In this document: piece after piece, positions 1-12,461 of the stretch
Numbering within the stretch: position 1 is the stretch's first letter
Layout: each line of letters starts with the position of its first letter
Source: Macrostomum lignano
Taxonomy: Eukaryota
DNA length: 64,000 bases
Direction of reading: 5' to 3'
Assembly: GCA_002269645.1 (NCBI GenBank)
Contig: NIVC01001591.1
Location: 86,714-150,713 of the forward strand
Program-made: the position numbers and the translations under genes
Notes under the pieces: generated by a model
Told to the model about the DNA's origin: nothing
Seen by the model: only the letters and a program-made list of their open reading frames with translations
Databases searched by the model: none

Positions 1-54
1 TCGAGGCTTTATTATCCCTCGGATTAAAGATTGTCAAATAAAATTGACTACTCT

Positions 55-725
55 TAGCAGCTGCCTTGAGCCATAACAGACGCGAGGATTGATTACGCCT
101 CGCAGGTCAGCATAGCAGCTGCCTTGAGCCACAACAGAAGCGAGGATTGATTACCCCTCGAAGGTCAGCATAGCAGCTGCCTTGAGTCCCAACAGAAGCG
201 AGGATTGATTATCCATCGCAGGTCAGCATAGCAGCTGCCTTGAGCCACAACAGACGCGAGGATTGATTATCCATCGCAGGTCAGCATAGCAGCTGCCTTG
301 AGCCACAACAGAAGCGAGGATTGATTATCCATCGCAGGTCAGCATAGCAGCTGCCTTGAGCTACAACAGAAGCGAGAATTGATTATCCATCGCAGGTCAG
401 CATAGCAGCTGCCTTGAGCTACAACAGAAGCGAGAATTGATTATCCATCGCAGGTCAGCATAGCAGCTGCCTTGAGCTACAACAGAAGCGAGAATTGATT
501 ATCCATCGCAGGTCAGCATAGCAGCTGCCTTGAGCTACAACAGAAGCGAGAATTGATTATCCATCGCAGGTCAGCATAGCAGCTGCCTTGAGCCACAACA
601 GAAGCGAGGATTGATTATCCATCGCAGGTCAGCATAGCAGCTGCCTTGAGCTACAACAGAAGCGAGGATTGATTACCCATCGCAGGTCAGCATAGCAGCT
701 GCCTTAAGCCACAATAGACGCGAAG
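55..725. repeat. 58-bp tandem satellite, ~11-12 copies, each with a hairpin and a GCAGCTGC palindrome
   Basis: GCAGCTGCC recurs at 57, 115, 173, 231, 289 and onward. Unit: cagcatagcagctgccttgagccacaacagaagcgaggattgattatccatcgcaggt. Confidence 0.95.
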
Positions 726-1793
726 AGCAGTCTTATCCGTAACTTCATCGAGATTCGGGTCAATGGGAGCTGATCCCTGTGGATTTTCCGGATCACTTGG
801 TCTAGATCACTGAGGAATTCCGACTGAACTCCCAAAATCTCATTCAGAACATTTTCATTTGGAAAACCTGAAATTTAGGTCTACAGCAGCTGTTCCAGGT
901 TAAATTTTTTGGAAAATCCAGCCGGAACCGCTTTCCTTTTTCCCTAACTTTTGAAGGATCACATTTTCCGGAAAAGGGGACTATTCCGGGCCAAAAATGC
1001 TGATTCGGGCCTTCACTTGGAAATCAAATAATAAATCGGGCCCGGATCACAAAATTCTGGGTGAAAAGTACAACGGGTTCTTACAGACCGGATAACACAA
1101 AGGCATCTTGATTGAAATATTTTTCCATTATCTGGTTTGCAAACCAGATTCGCATCATGTTATCCCGCAAATTTCAGATTCACACAGGTTTCTTACAAAC
1201 CAGATAACACACGGTTATCTTGATTAAAATCTTTTACTGTTATCTGTTTTTCAAACAAGATCCGACCCATGTTATCCTGTGAAATTCCGATTCAAACAAG
1301 ATCAACCAAGATAACAGAGAATTATCTGGTGGCGAATCTTATCATGTAATCTGACTTCTAAGCAAGATTCGGGCCATATTATCTGGTGAAATTCAGATAA
1401 CTCACCACATAACAGTCAAATCCGATAACACTAAAATTACCTGGTGACGAATCTGGTGGTTTAACCAGTTTCGAACCTCAAACAAGGAAATCGGTGTACA
1501 CGAACCACATCCAATGTTTTATGTAACTTCTACAATCCTAAAATGAGCCACTACCAATGAACCATTAAATAATTTAACGATAAACACTGCATAATTAATT
1601 ACTCAATCAATGACGTGCAAATAATTACAAACAAATGCACCCACAACACGGATTAGCGTAGACAGAGTCCAGTGTATTTTTGTCTGTAGCAATATGGATG
1701 CATTTTAGATGCAAAAGAATTAAAAAGGCGAATTTATAATCACTGTCGCTGGAGATGTACAAACATACATTTCTTATTAAAATTTAAATGGAA

Positions 1794-1799
1794 TTTATT
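1794..1799 (-). promoter_or_regulatory. Candidate polyadenylation signal of the SENP gene
   Basis: TTTATT on + (AATAAA on -) about 30 nt past the TAG stop. Confidence 0.45.
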
Positions 1800-1830
1800 G
1801 ATAGCCAATTAATTGAATTGTCCTTCAAAT

Positions 1831-4800
1831 CTACCAAAGCAGCCGTTTTTCCATGATCTCCACAGTGATCCGTTTGCGAAAGTACGGCATGTTGTCCTGA
1901 AATAAATCGGGCCAAGTTTTCACTTTTTTTGATCGTGCGTAATATTTGAACATTTCTACTTTAAGTAAGATGATAAGTACCTGGCTTGAAAAAGGGTTAG
2001 TGTTCGGTTAAAGATAGATAAATTAAGGTGTAGGTGAGATTAGAAATGGAAATAATAAGATGAAGAATAGATTTAGTGATGGTAGGATTAGAGATAGATT
2101 AGAATAGAGAATGGGTGGGATGAAAGAGTAGATGAGATTAGAGATAGATGAGAATAGAGAATAGAGATATACGAGAATAGAGAATGGGTGGGGTGAGAGA
2201 ATAGATGAGATTAGAGATGCACGAGATGGGAGAATGGGTGAGATTAGAGATAGATGAGAATAGAGAATAGAGATATACGAGAATAGAGAATGGGTGAGAT
2301 TTGAGAATAGAGAATGGGTGGGGTGAGAGAATAGATGAGATTAGAGATTGGTGAGAATAGAGAATAGAGATATACGAGAATAGAGAATGGGTGAGATTTG
2401 AGAATAGAGAATAGATGAGATTAGAGATAGATGAGAATAGAGAATAGAGATATACGACAATAGAGAATGGGTGAGATTTGAGAATAGAGAATGGGTGGGG
2501 TGAGAGAATAGATGAGATTAGAGATTGGTGAAAATAGAGAATGGATGAGATTAGAGATGCACGAGATGGGAGAATGGGTGAGATTAGACAGTTGAGAAAA
2601 GACAATGGGTGAGATGAGAGTTCTAGAGGACAAGAAACAGTTTATACGAACCAATTAGACTCTTAAAAAAAACACAACCAACCTGACTAAACGTGAAGTC
2701 CTTCTGCTTGCAGTAGTAATCAGCAAATTTGCAGGTGAACACACCACAGTCTGATCCGTTCTCTTGTTGCGGAGCGCCAGTCTCGCGGATAAGCTGATAA
2801 TCAGACAGGTCGGGCAATTCAGCTCCGGATTTCTTGTCTCGATGCTCGTCTGCCAAGTACTGTCGCATCAGAGGCAAGCAGCTGGCGCCGCCGCCCATTG
2901 ACAGGCTGTCAAGATAGATGATGTTGCGGCAGCGCAGGTCAACAATGCACAGAGTCCAGTGGTTGTTGTGCAGATGGACGGGACAGAGAAGGATGTCGCA
3001 GCTGAATATGTCCACCTGATGGGGGTAATTAACATTTTCTTACCTATCCGATATTATACTGATAGTTCATTGAGAATCAAATAAGCTCAGAAACCGGGAA
3101 TCTCCTACTCAGACAACAGGAATCCCTGAAAAGACACCAGGAATCCCCAGCTCATATATGAAGAATTCCAAAATCAAATACAGGGAATCCCCAACCCAGA
3201 CACAAGGAATCCCTAAACTAGATTCAGGGAACCCCCAACTCAGACACAGGGAATCCCCAACCCAGTCACAGGGAATCCCCAACCCAGTCACAGGGAATCC
3301 CTAACTCAGACACAGGAAATCCCCAACCCAGTCACAGGGAATCCCCAACCCAGACACAAGGAATCCCTAAACTAGATTCAGGGAATCCCCAACCCAGTCA
3401 CAGGGAATCCCCAACCCAGTCACAGGGAATCCCCAACTCAGTCACAGGGAATCCCCAACTCAGACACAGGAAATCCCCAACCCAAACACAGGGAATCCCC
3501 AACCCAGACACAGGGAATCCCCAACCCAAACACAGGGAATCCCCAACCCAGACACAGGGAGTCCCCAACTTAGACACAGGGAGTCCCCAACCCAAACACA
3601 GGGAATCCCCAACCCAGACACAGGGAGTCCCCAACTTAGACACAGGAAATCCCCAACCCCAACTCAGACACAGGGAATCCCCAACTTAAACACAGGAAAT
3701 CCCCAACCCCAACTCAGACACAGGGAATCCCTAACCCAGACACAGGGAGTCCCCAACTCAGACACAGGGAGTCCCCAACTCAGACACTGGGAGTCCCCAA
3801 CTTAGACACAGGGAGTCCCCAACTCAGACACTGGGAATCCCCAACTCAGACACTGGGAATTACCAACTCGGACACAGGGAATCCCTAACTCGGACACCAG
3901 GAACCCCAGACCCAGATACATGGAATCCCAACCCAGACAGGGAATCCTTAACCCAGACACAAGGAGTCCCCAACCCAGACACAGGGAATCCCTAACTCAG
4001 ACACAGGGAATCCCCAACCCAGACACAGGGAATCCCCAACCCAGACAAAGGTAATCACCAACTCAGACACAGGGAATCACCAACTCAGACACAGGGAATC
4101 CCTAACTCGGACACCAGGAACCCCAGACCCAGATACATGGAATTCCAACCCAGACAGGGAATCCTTAACCCAGACACAGGTAATCCCCAAATTAAATACA
4201 GGGAATCCCCAAATTAAATACAGGGAATCCCCAAATTAAATACAGGGAATCCCCAAATTAAATACAGGGAATCCCCAACTCAGACACAAGGAATCCCTAA
4301 CTCAGACACAGGGAATCCCCAACCCAGACACAGGGAATCCCCAACCCAGACACAGGGAATCCTTAACCCAGACACAAGGAGTCCCCAACCCAGACACAGG
4401 GAATCCCCAAATTAAATACAGGGAATCCCCAACTCAGACACAGGGAATCCCCAACCCAGAGTCCCAGACACACGGAATCACCAACTGAGACACCGAGAAT
4501 CCATAACCGGTAAGTAACTAATCATAGCAATCAATCCATACCTTCCGAGTCCACCGTCTAACAGACGCGTAGCCGCTAGACGACAGTTTAGTATAAAAGA
4601 ACGTAGAGAACGCGTGCACTTTAGGCAGACCCAGCTGTTCATCAGCTGACCTGGCCGCAATCAGCTGCATATAAAAATTCACAATATTATCATTCAGCCA
4701 GTTTAATCCGGCCAACGATCTCAGCTCTTCCCTAGTAACTCGCAGGCTAAATCCTTCGGCTAGAACTTCCGAGCTAGGCAGCTGGCGAGACCAGGCTCGT

Positions 4801-7800
4801 TCAACTAGCTGCAGCTGGGCCTCGGTTAGGTCGGGAAATTCTTCCTCTTCTTCATCAGCTGGCGGCGGCGGAGTCGGCGGCGGCTCCTCGTACTGATAGG
4901 GCAAGACTGGCAGCTCGCGTTCGGCTAGTTTGAGATTGCGAGTCACCCTGGCAACCAGGTCGCGCTCGTCCGCTTCTCGCTGCATGGTTTGATTGACGAT
5001 TAGGGATTAGTGAATATCTACGTTAATCCTATGGGATTAGGATTGGATTAGGGAATAATTACATTAATCCAATGGGATTAGGATAAGGATTAAAGAATAT
5101 CCACGCTAATCCAATGGGATAAGGATTGGATTAGAGAATATCTATGCTAATCCTTTCGGATTAGGATTGGATTAAAGAATATCCACGCTAATCCAATGGG
5201 ATTAGGATTGGATTAGAGAATATCTATGCTAATCCTTTCGGATTAGGATTGGATTAAAGAATATCCACGCTAATCCAATGGGATTAGGATTGGATTAGAG
5301 AATATCTATGCTAATCCTTTCGGATTGGGATTGGATTAGGGGATATCGATGCTAATCCTTTCAGATTAGGATTGGATTAGAGAATATCTATGCTAATCCT
5401 TTCGGATTAGGATTGGATTAGGGAGTATCGATGCTAATCCTTTCGGACTAGGATTGGATTAGGGAGTATCGATGCTAATCCTTTCGGATTAGGATTGGAT
5501 TAGGGAATATCTATGCTAATCCTAGGGGATTAGGATTGGATTAGAATATCTACGCTAATCCAATGGGATTAGGATAAGGATTAAAGAATATCTACGTTTT
5601 TCCAATGGGATTGGATTAGAGATAATATACACGCTAATCCAGTGGGATTAGGATTGGATTAGAGAATATCTACACTAAACATATGTGATTAGGATTGGAT
5701 TAGATAATATTTATGTTAATCCATTCGGATTAAAATTAGATTAGAGAACTACACGATCTTTGAGTTTTACATACTGTAATACTACAGTGGTCGTTGTGCC
5801 AATAACAAGACTATAGTAGGAATAAATTGTAAATGCGCTCGTAATAAAACTCATAATAACTCACTCTTTTAGCCCAATACTGCATCTTTAAATTCTCTTC
5901 GGTCTCGACGCGTTGCATGTAGGATTTTAACGACTGAGACGAGGTCTTGCTGCAGAAGAATCAAGGGTAGCCAATATTTAATAGCAAAAAAGTACACGAT
6001 GCAATTCTCAGAAACCTTTTAATTCTCTCTAAATAACAGGCTTACATATCGTTTAACCAATCAGGCGATAAATATTTGCACGGCGAGATGATATCGGCCA
6101 CTGACTTCGGCTCCTCGATTGAAGTGATGACGCAATCTTCGTCATCGTCGGCTGAGGGGCGTTTAGAGGAGGGGTGATTCTCAGGTGAGATTGAGTTCGA
6201 TTCTTAGGTGAGACTGAGGGACGATTCTCAGGTGAGATTGAGTGACGATTCTCAAGTGAGATTGAGGGACGACTCTGAGGTTAGATTGAGGAACTATTCT
6301 CAGGTCTGATTGAGAGGCGATTCTCAGGTGAGATTAAGGGGCGATTCTCAGGTGAGATTGAGAGGCGATTCTCAGGTGAGATTGGGGGCGACTCTCAGGT
6401 GAGACTGAGGGTCGATTCTCAAGTGAGATTGGGGGCGACTCTCAGGTGAGATTGAGAGGCGATTCTCAAGTGAGATTGAGGGGCAATTCTTAGGTGAGAT
6501 TGGGGGCGACTCTCAGGTGAGACTGAGGGTCGATTCTCAAGTGAGATTGGGGGCGACTCTCAGGTAAGACTGAGGGTCGATTCTCAAGTGAGATTGGGGG
6601 CGACTCTCAGGTGAGACTGAGGGTCGATTCTCAAGTGAGATTGGGGGCGACTCTCAGGTAAGACTGAGGGTCGATTCTCAAGTGAGATTGGGGGCGACTC
6701 TCAGGTAAGACTGAGGGTCGATTCTCAAGTGAGATTGGGGGCGACTCTCAGGTGAGAATGAGAGGCGATTCTCAAGTGAGATTGAGGGGCAATTCTCAGG
6801 TGAGACTGATAGGAAATTCTCAGGTGATTTTGACACAGGAGGGTTGCACTATACCAGAGTCGGCAGCAGCTGATTTCGGCAAAGTCGATGCAGCAGCAGC
6901 TGGATGCTTTTTCTTGTTGCTTTTGTCAGATCGAGCACCCGAAGAAGCCATACCGGTAGCTACAGTTGCTAACGGAGTAGAGTGAATGCACGGCTGCTTC
7001 TGGGACTGCTGCTGCTGTTGCGAAGTTGCCTGGGCGACGATTGAAGCAGTTGACGCAGGCGGCTGAGACTTGTCAGTAGTAGAGGCCTGATTGGCTCCGG
7101 CTGGCGAGGGAGACTGATGAGAGTTGGAAGTGGGGGTGTAACGATTGATAGATTTTATCATCAACAGATTAAAAGTAACAGACTTCTTTAAAGAAATTTG
7201 GTAAACAAGAATCTTCAAGAGAAGGATTAGCGAAAATTAAGGGGCGAATATAATTTAGCTAAGGATTAGGGGCGATTCTTATCAAGATTGGGATTATGGC
7301 GATTGTTATTTAGCTGAGGATTAGGGGCGATTCTTATCAAGATTGGGATTAGGGCGATTGTTATTTAGCTGAGGATTAGGGGCGATTCTTATCAAGATTG
7401 GGATTAGGGCGATTCTTATCAAGATTGGGATTAGGGCAATTGTTATTTAGCTGAGGATTAGGGGCGATTCTTATCAAGATTGGGATTAGGGCAATTGTTA
7501 TTTAGCTGAGGATTAGGGACGATTCTTATCAAGATTGGGATTAGGGCAATTGTTATTTAGCTGAGGATTAGGGGCGATTCTTATCAAGATTGGGATTAGG
7601 GCAATTGTTATTTAGCTGAGGATTAGGGGCGATTCTTATCAAGATTGGGATTAGGGCAATTGTTATTTAGCTGAGGATTAGGGGCGATTCTTATCAAGAT
7701 TGGGATTAGGGCAATTGTTATTTAGCTGAGGATTAGGGACGATTCTTATCAAGATTGGGATTAGGGCAATTGTTATTTAGCTGAGGATTAGGGGCGATTC

Positions 7801-10800
7801 TTATCAAGATTGGGATTAGGGCAATTGTTATTTAGCTGAGGATTAGGGGCGATTCTTATCAAGATTGGGATTAGGGCGATTGTTATTTAGCTGAGGATTA
7901 GGGACGATTCTTATCAAGATTGGGATTAGGGCGATTCTTATCAAGATTGGGATTAGGGCAATTGTTATTTAGCTGAGGATTAGGGGCGATTCTTATCAAG
8001 ATTGGGATTAGGGCGATTGTTATTTAGCTGAGGATTAGGGACGATTCTTATCAAGATTGGGATTAGGGCAATTGTTATTTAGCTGAGGATTAGGGGCGAT
8101 TCTTATCAAGATTGGGATTAGGGCGATTGTTATTTAGCTGAGGATTAGGGACGATTCTTATCAAGATTGGGATTAGGGCGATTGTTATTTAGCCGGGAAT
8201 TAGGAGCAATTATTATCAAGATGGAGATTGAGAGCGATTCTTATTAAAGTGGGGATTAGGGGCGATTCTTATTAATGTGGGAATTAGGGGCGATTCTTAT
8301 CAAGATGAGGATTAGGGGCGAGTCTTATCGAGGTTGGGATAAAGAGACAATATAATAGGATTAGATTTCGAAGATTTCAGGAACAGTACAGTTACAATCT
8401 AAAATTGACAGCCTAAAATATCGCTTAAATGATAGTAATACTACTCACATTCGCTGCAGACAAGTAGGAGTCTGGCAAATTAGTTATCTGCCCTAGTACA
8501 GATTGTACAGCGTTCAGGGCAGAATGAGAATTCTGCTGACTTCTTCTTTGGCGCTGACGATTGCCACTAGAAGCAGAAGACGCTGAACAAGCAGCAATCG
8601 ATAAATGCTGATGCCGGTTGAAGCTCTGGCCTTGGCGAAGCTGACTGTATATAGAAGAGGTATACACAAAAACAAATAGTGTTCTAAGCTGGTGTTTGGT
8701 AAAAACTATATTTGAGCACATAAAAATATACAATCACATCAAATTACCTTGGTAAAGATTGCCGACTAATTAATGATGTGTTGCCAGTGCCAGCAAATAT
8801 TTCCAAAGTGTTCTTGGAGAAATTGAAATCAGCCTGCTCAATATCCTGAAAATCGACCAGATATTATGTTTAAAACAAAACATAAAATATTTACATTGAA
8901 TTGTTTTTTTTTTAAATGCTCACCAAATTCCAAGTGCCTCGATTTTCGGTGGACAGGCGATTTCTTTTGCTATATAAAAAGTAAAATTAAAAGGTAATTA
9001 TATAATCTATTGTTTTTTTCAACCTTACATCAATTATTGCTCTACTATAGTTATGTCTATGGCTATAGATATATATTATACCTATAACAAAAAATTGTGA
9101 AAAGCACTTACAATAAAATGCTATCTAATGTAGGTTAATGAAAAAGTAAAAAAATCTGTTTGGTAATCCTCAATATATAATATATTGACCATTTATTAAT
9201 TTATCAATCTGAAAAGATATAGACCATTTATTAATATAAAATAATTGATATACTGTTATAGCAATACATTATGGCACCAGCATACTTTAGTAACTAGTAT
9301 TGTCTTAACAAAACCATTATTAGCCTAAAATATTTTATACTTATATGTGAATGAAATAATGAAATATTTTTGTGATAATTGATATATTTAGCTATGCTTT
9401 AATGGTATTGTCTACAATGTGGGATGTCAAAAGCCATACATAATTTAGACTAGTTAAAGTAAAGGTATCAATCATATAAGGAGTACTTTAGAAAATTGAA
9501 GTTTTACACAAATGGAAAAGCACTATGTAAAGTAAATAGAAGCTATAAGAAATTAGGAATATATTTTGGTCTTTATAGAAGAAAAGTTAATAATTTGTAG
9601 ATGGCATCTAAAGCATATGGTTAGCAATGGTTAGCATTGTGTAATATGAGTATGCTTTTGCATTTTGAATTCATTCTATAATACTTACTAACCTAGCAAA
9701 CTTAAATGTACAGCAAAACAAGGTTTACATAATGCTAAGACATAATAAATGATTTATACTCAAATCTAAAGTGCATATCTATTTGAATCAAGGGATAATA
9801 GCTACTACATGCCAAATTGAATGTGCATTTATAGAAAGCAAAAAGTTATTTTAGGTATATGCACACAATCAGGTTAAATAGACCAATGTACAAGTTAGTC
9901 AGTCAACCCTAACCCCCCACATAGCTTGGGCTAGGTAGGCAATTCCCACCCTTAATCTCTAGGATTAATGGTGTACAGATGCGGTGTGATAAGCAGATAG
10001 ATACCAGGGCACCTAAATGGCAGCTTCTAAGATATGCTTAGGCCTATATTTGCTTGCCATATGAAAGTTTTAAATATTTATTTTGAAATCAAAATTCTCA
10101 AATGAAAAAAAAGGCAATGGTCTTTTTTTACTCTTTTTTTGCCTCATTAAACTTACTTCAATCTTATAAAAATATGGCTGTAATTAAAAATTTTAGCATC
10201 TCTTACTCACTAGGCCTAATTAGACCTATGTTATAGACTATAGGGTCTTTTAAGCAATTTTTTGTGCAAACAATGTTATATTTCTAATTATAGGCCTAAT
10301 TTAAATGCAATATTGACAATGCAAAATATTATAAAATAATATTTATAACTTTTTAATTTTATATTATAATAAATAAAACAAGAAATAAAAGCCACAATAT
10401 TAAAATCAACAAAAAATGATAATAATAGGTATAGTTTTATATCTAGAACATTTTTTTATTTTTGCATTGAATGCAAGACAAAAATGAATAAGACAGGCTA
10501 TAACCTTATTGCAGCCAATGGCTTTATTAAAATCCTGGCTATAAAAAGGGTCTATATAAAACAAAATTGAAAAAAGAAACAATTAAAAGCAAATAAGCCT
10601 ATATTTAGCTAGAATTTAACTTGAAACTTCTTTAAATATTACAAACAACTTGCCTAGAGTGTTACAAAATTGTCTTCTTATCTTTACTTAGGTTTATGTC
10701 TGACTAGGCTAGGCCTAGACTAGATGCAATATGTAATAATGATTCATGACAAGAAAACAATATTTTTAAAAGCCAATTACAATTTAATAAACTTTTATAC

Positions 10801-10994
10801 CTGTCAATAGTGCTGCCAAGATTTTCCTCAAATGCTTTCCTCTTTCGACTTGATTCAGAGCCACTGTGATGAACAAGAACGACTTCTGAATTTCTATGTG
10901 TTAGTGTAGGCCTTTGGATAGGAGCCACCTGCTCTTGACTTGGTCTCTCAGTTTCACTTTGAGGGAAAAAGAAATTACGAATAAAGCGGAACAT
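1831..10994 (-). CDS. SENP1: Sentrin/SUMO-specific cysteine protease (Ulp1/SENP1-2 type, peptidase C48), ~606 aa, 10 coding exons
   Basis: Exons in transcription order: 10994-10801, 8969-8924, 8845-8748, 8644-8449, 7113-6855, 6151-6046, 5949-5865, 4979-4542, 3015-2683, 1896-1831. All junctions are GT-AG and phases match; total 1821 nt = 607 codons incl. TAG. C48 motifs: LNWLNDNIVNFYM, KVHAFSTFFY, RRWTRK|VDIF, PVHLHNNHW (His), YLDS (Asp), QQENGSDCGVF (Cys), C-terminal FSQ|DNMPYFRKRITVEI. A minus-strand AATAAA lies at 1794-1799. The 5' exons are supported by phase continuity only, and SENP1 versus SENP2 cannot be resolved. Confidence 0.9.
2080..2620. repeat. GA-rich degenerate tandem repeat in the last SENP intron
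   Basis: Recurrent gagaatagagaatgggtgagattagaga. Confidence 0.9.
3090..4500. repeat. 22-bp minisatellite (cagggaatccccaacccagaca) in a SENP intron
   Basis: Period of 22 measured at 3491/3513. Confidence 0.95.
5000..5740. repeat. ~41-bp minisatellite with internal GGATTAG/CTAATCC inverted repeat in a SENP intron
   Basis: Period of 41 measured at 5351/5392. Confidence 0.9.
6175..6830. repeat. 23-24-bp minisatellite (ggcgattctcaggtgagattgag) in a SENP intron
   Basis: Period of 24 at 6321/6345; contains a TCTCA-gg-TGAGA stem. Confidence 0.93.
7250..8340. repeat. 55-bp composite minisatellite in a SENP intron
   Basis: ctgaggattaggggcgattcttatcaagattgggattagggcaattgttatttag; period of 55 at 7561/7616. 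Confidence 0.95.
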
Positions 10995-12461
10995 TATTGT
11001 TAGAACATTGTTTTGGATTTATTCGGAGAAGTATGAAAGCATAAGTTATAAAAGCTTTCTGTTTACTACTGTCAATATATCTGTATTATCTAGTCTCTCT
11101 CAACCTCTCAACTTAAATTCAATATAAAGAAGTCAGCAGACAGTGATTTTGTCCGTCTGTTCAAATAAAAATGATGAGCATTAATAAGCCCTAAAAGAAT
11201 GCGAAAAGAGTATGGTAAAATAAGTATATTAAGATGAGAAATATGATTCAAAATTCACAATTCTGACGGTATAGCTCCGAGAAAATCTTCTCCACCCCCA
11301 CCTCAATTTATTACCGATTGGCAAATTTTTCTTAGAACTTTTAGATTCTTAGAAAATTTTTATTTAATTATAATAGACAGCTTGCTAAGAAGTTTTTTTA
11401 GTTTATTTAAATAATTAAATTGACTCATCTAAAACATTTAAGTTATTGAAAACTTACTTCTACTTAGTTTTTTTGTTTTACTGCTAAAAATTAACATAAA
11501 AACGCAGAAATACAAATGAGATTCTTTCTACGAATGCATGGAATAATTACTTCCTGTTCTGCTTCTAAATGCTGCTGAAGCTGAGTTTTCTCAGCGTTGC
11601 AATATTACACTGCCATGCTACGTCTGCCTTCATAATATATATTCTGTATGTAGTTTTGTTCTTTCTTCTTTTTTGCTACTTCGATTTCGATTTCGACAGA
11701 GACTTCGACAACCGACAAATAGATCTATCTTGATGAACCGGCCGCCTAGCCTGAAAAATGTTTAAAGATCACCATACCAGTTTTGAAAAACCTTTTTTTC
11801 ATTAGCTTTTATGTATAAGGTTGTTTAAAAACTGCGATTTTTCAAGTCTTCTCTGTTCCACTTGCTATATTTGATAACATTATGTATCGATTAACTGTGG
11901 CTAAGATCCTTGTTGATTATCGTATTCACAGCACACTGTGTTTAGGGAAAATTTGCCTGTTGTTTTTATCTAAGAATAAAATATTCAGCGGGATAGGCTT
12001 CAACAACTTCCCACTGTATCCGGATGCCCAGACCAGAGTCCACCTGTTGTTAGAAAAGTTATACAAATGTATGTTTTTTATAGCTATGTGGTATAATTTA
12101 ACTTGCATTTGTAAATTATTAGACTTTTAAAAGCCATTTTACTTTTACTAATTTTACTTTAACAGTTATTTTTAACAGTTTTATTTCATCTAAAACATTG
12201 CCTAACATCAAGCCACTTTTTAAGAACAAAATACTCGACTTAGCTTTAAAGGTTAGGTTTAAATGCTTCAATTGCTTTTCCATAATAGCTACTTAATATT
12301 GTATTGATTCTATACGTTATTTATTTTGAAGTAGGGACACAAATATAATAGTTATTTTTGGCATAAATATTTTCCATTTAATAACAATTGCTAGTATGAA
12401 TAGCATATCATAAAAGCTCTAAAATATTCTAAAGAGAATTAGGTGTCTATACTTTTATCGC
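10995..12461. promoter_or_regulatory. Divergent (head-to-head) intergenic region between the SENP and myosin start codons; probable shared promoter/5' UTRs
   Basis: ATGs at 10994 (-) and 12462 (+) point away from each other, ~1.47 kb apart. No promoter element could be pinned down. Confidence 0.5.

Noticed and set aside
55-725. CRISPR-like array
   Set aside because: Units are contiguous near-identical repeats with no unique spacers, in eukaryotic DNA with no cas genes.
690-870. Possible minus-strand exon (FPNENVLNEILGVQSEFLSDLDQVIRKIH..., tttcag acceptor) of a further gene
   Set aside because: Short, with no recognisable homology, no convincing donor and no linked exons visible.
11882-12130. 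Small ORFs in the SENP-myosin intergenic region
   Set aside because: AT-rich, no homology and no splice context; expected by chance.
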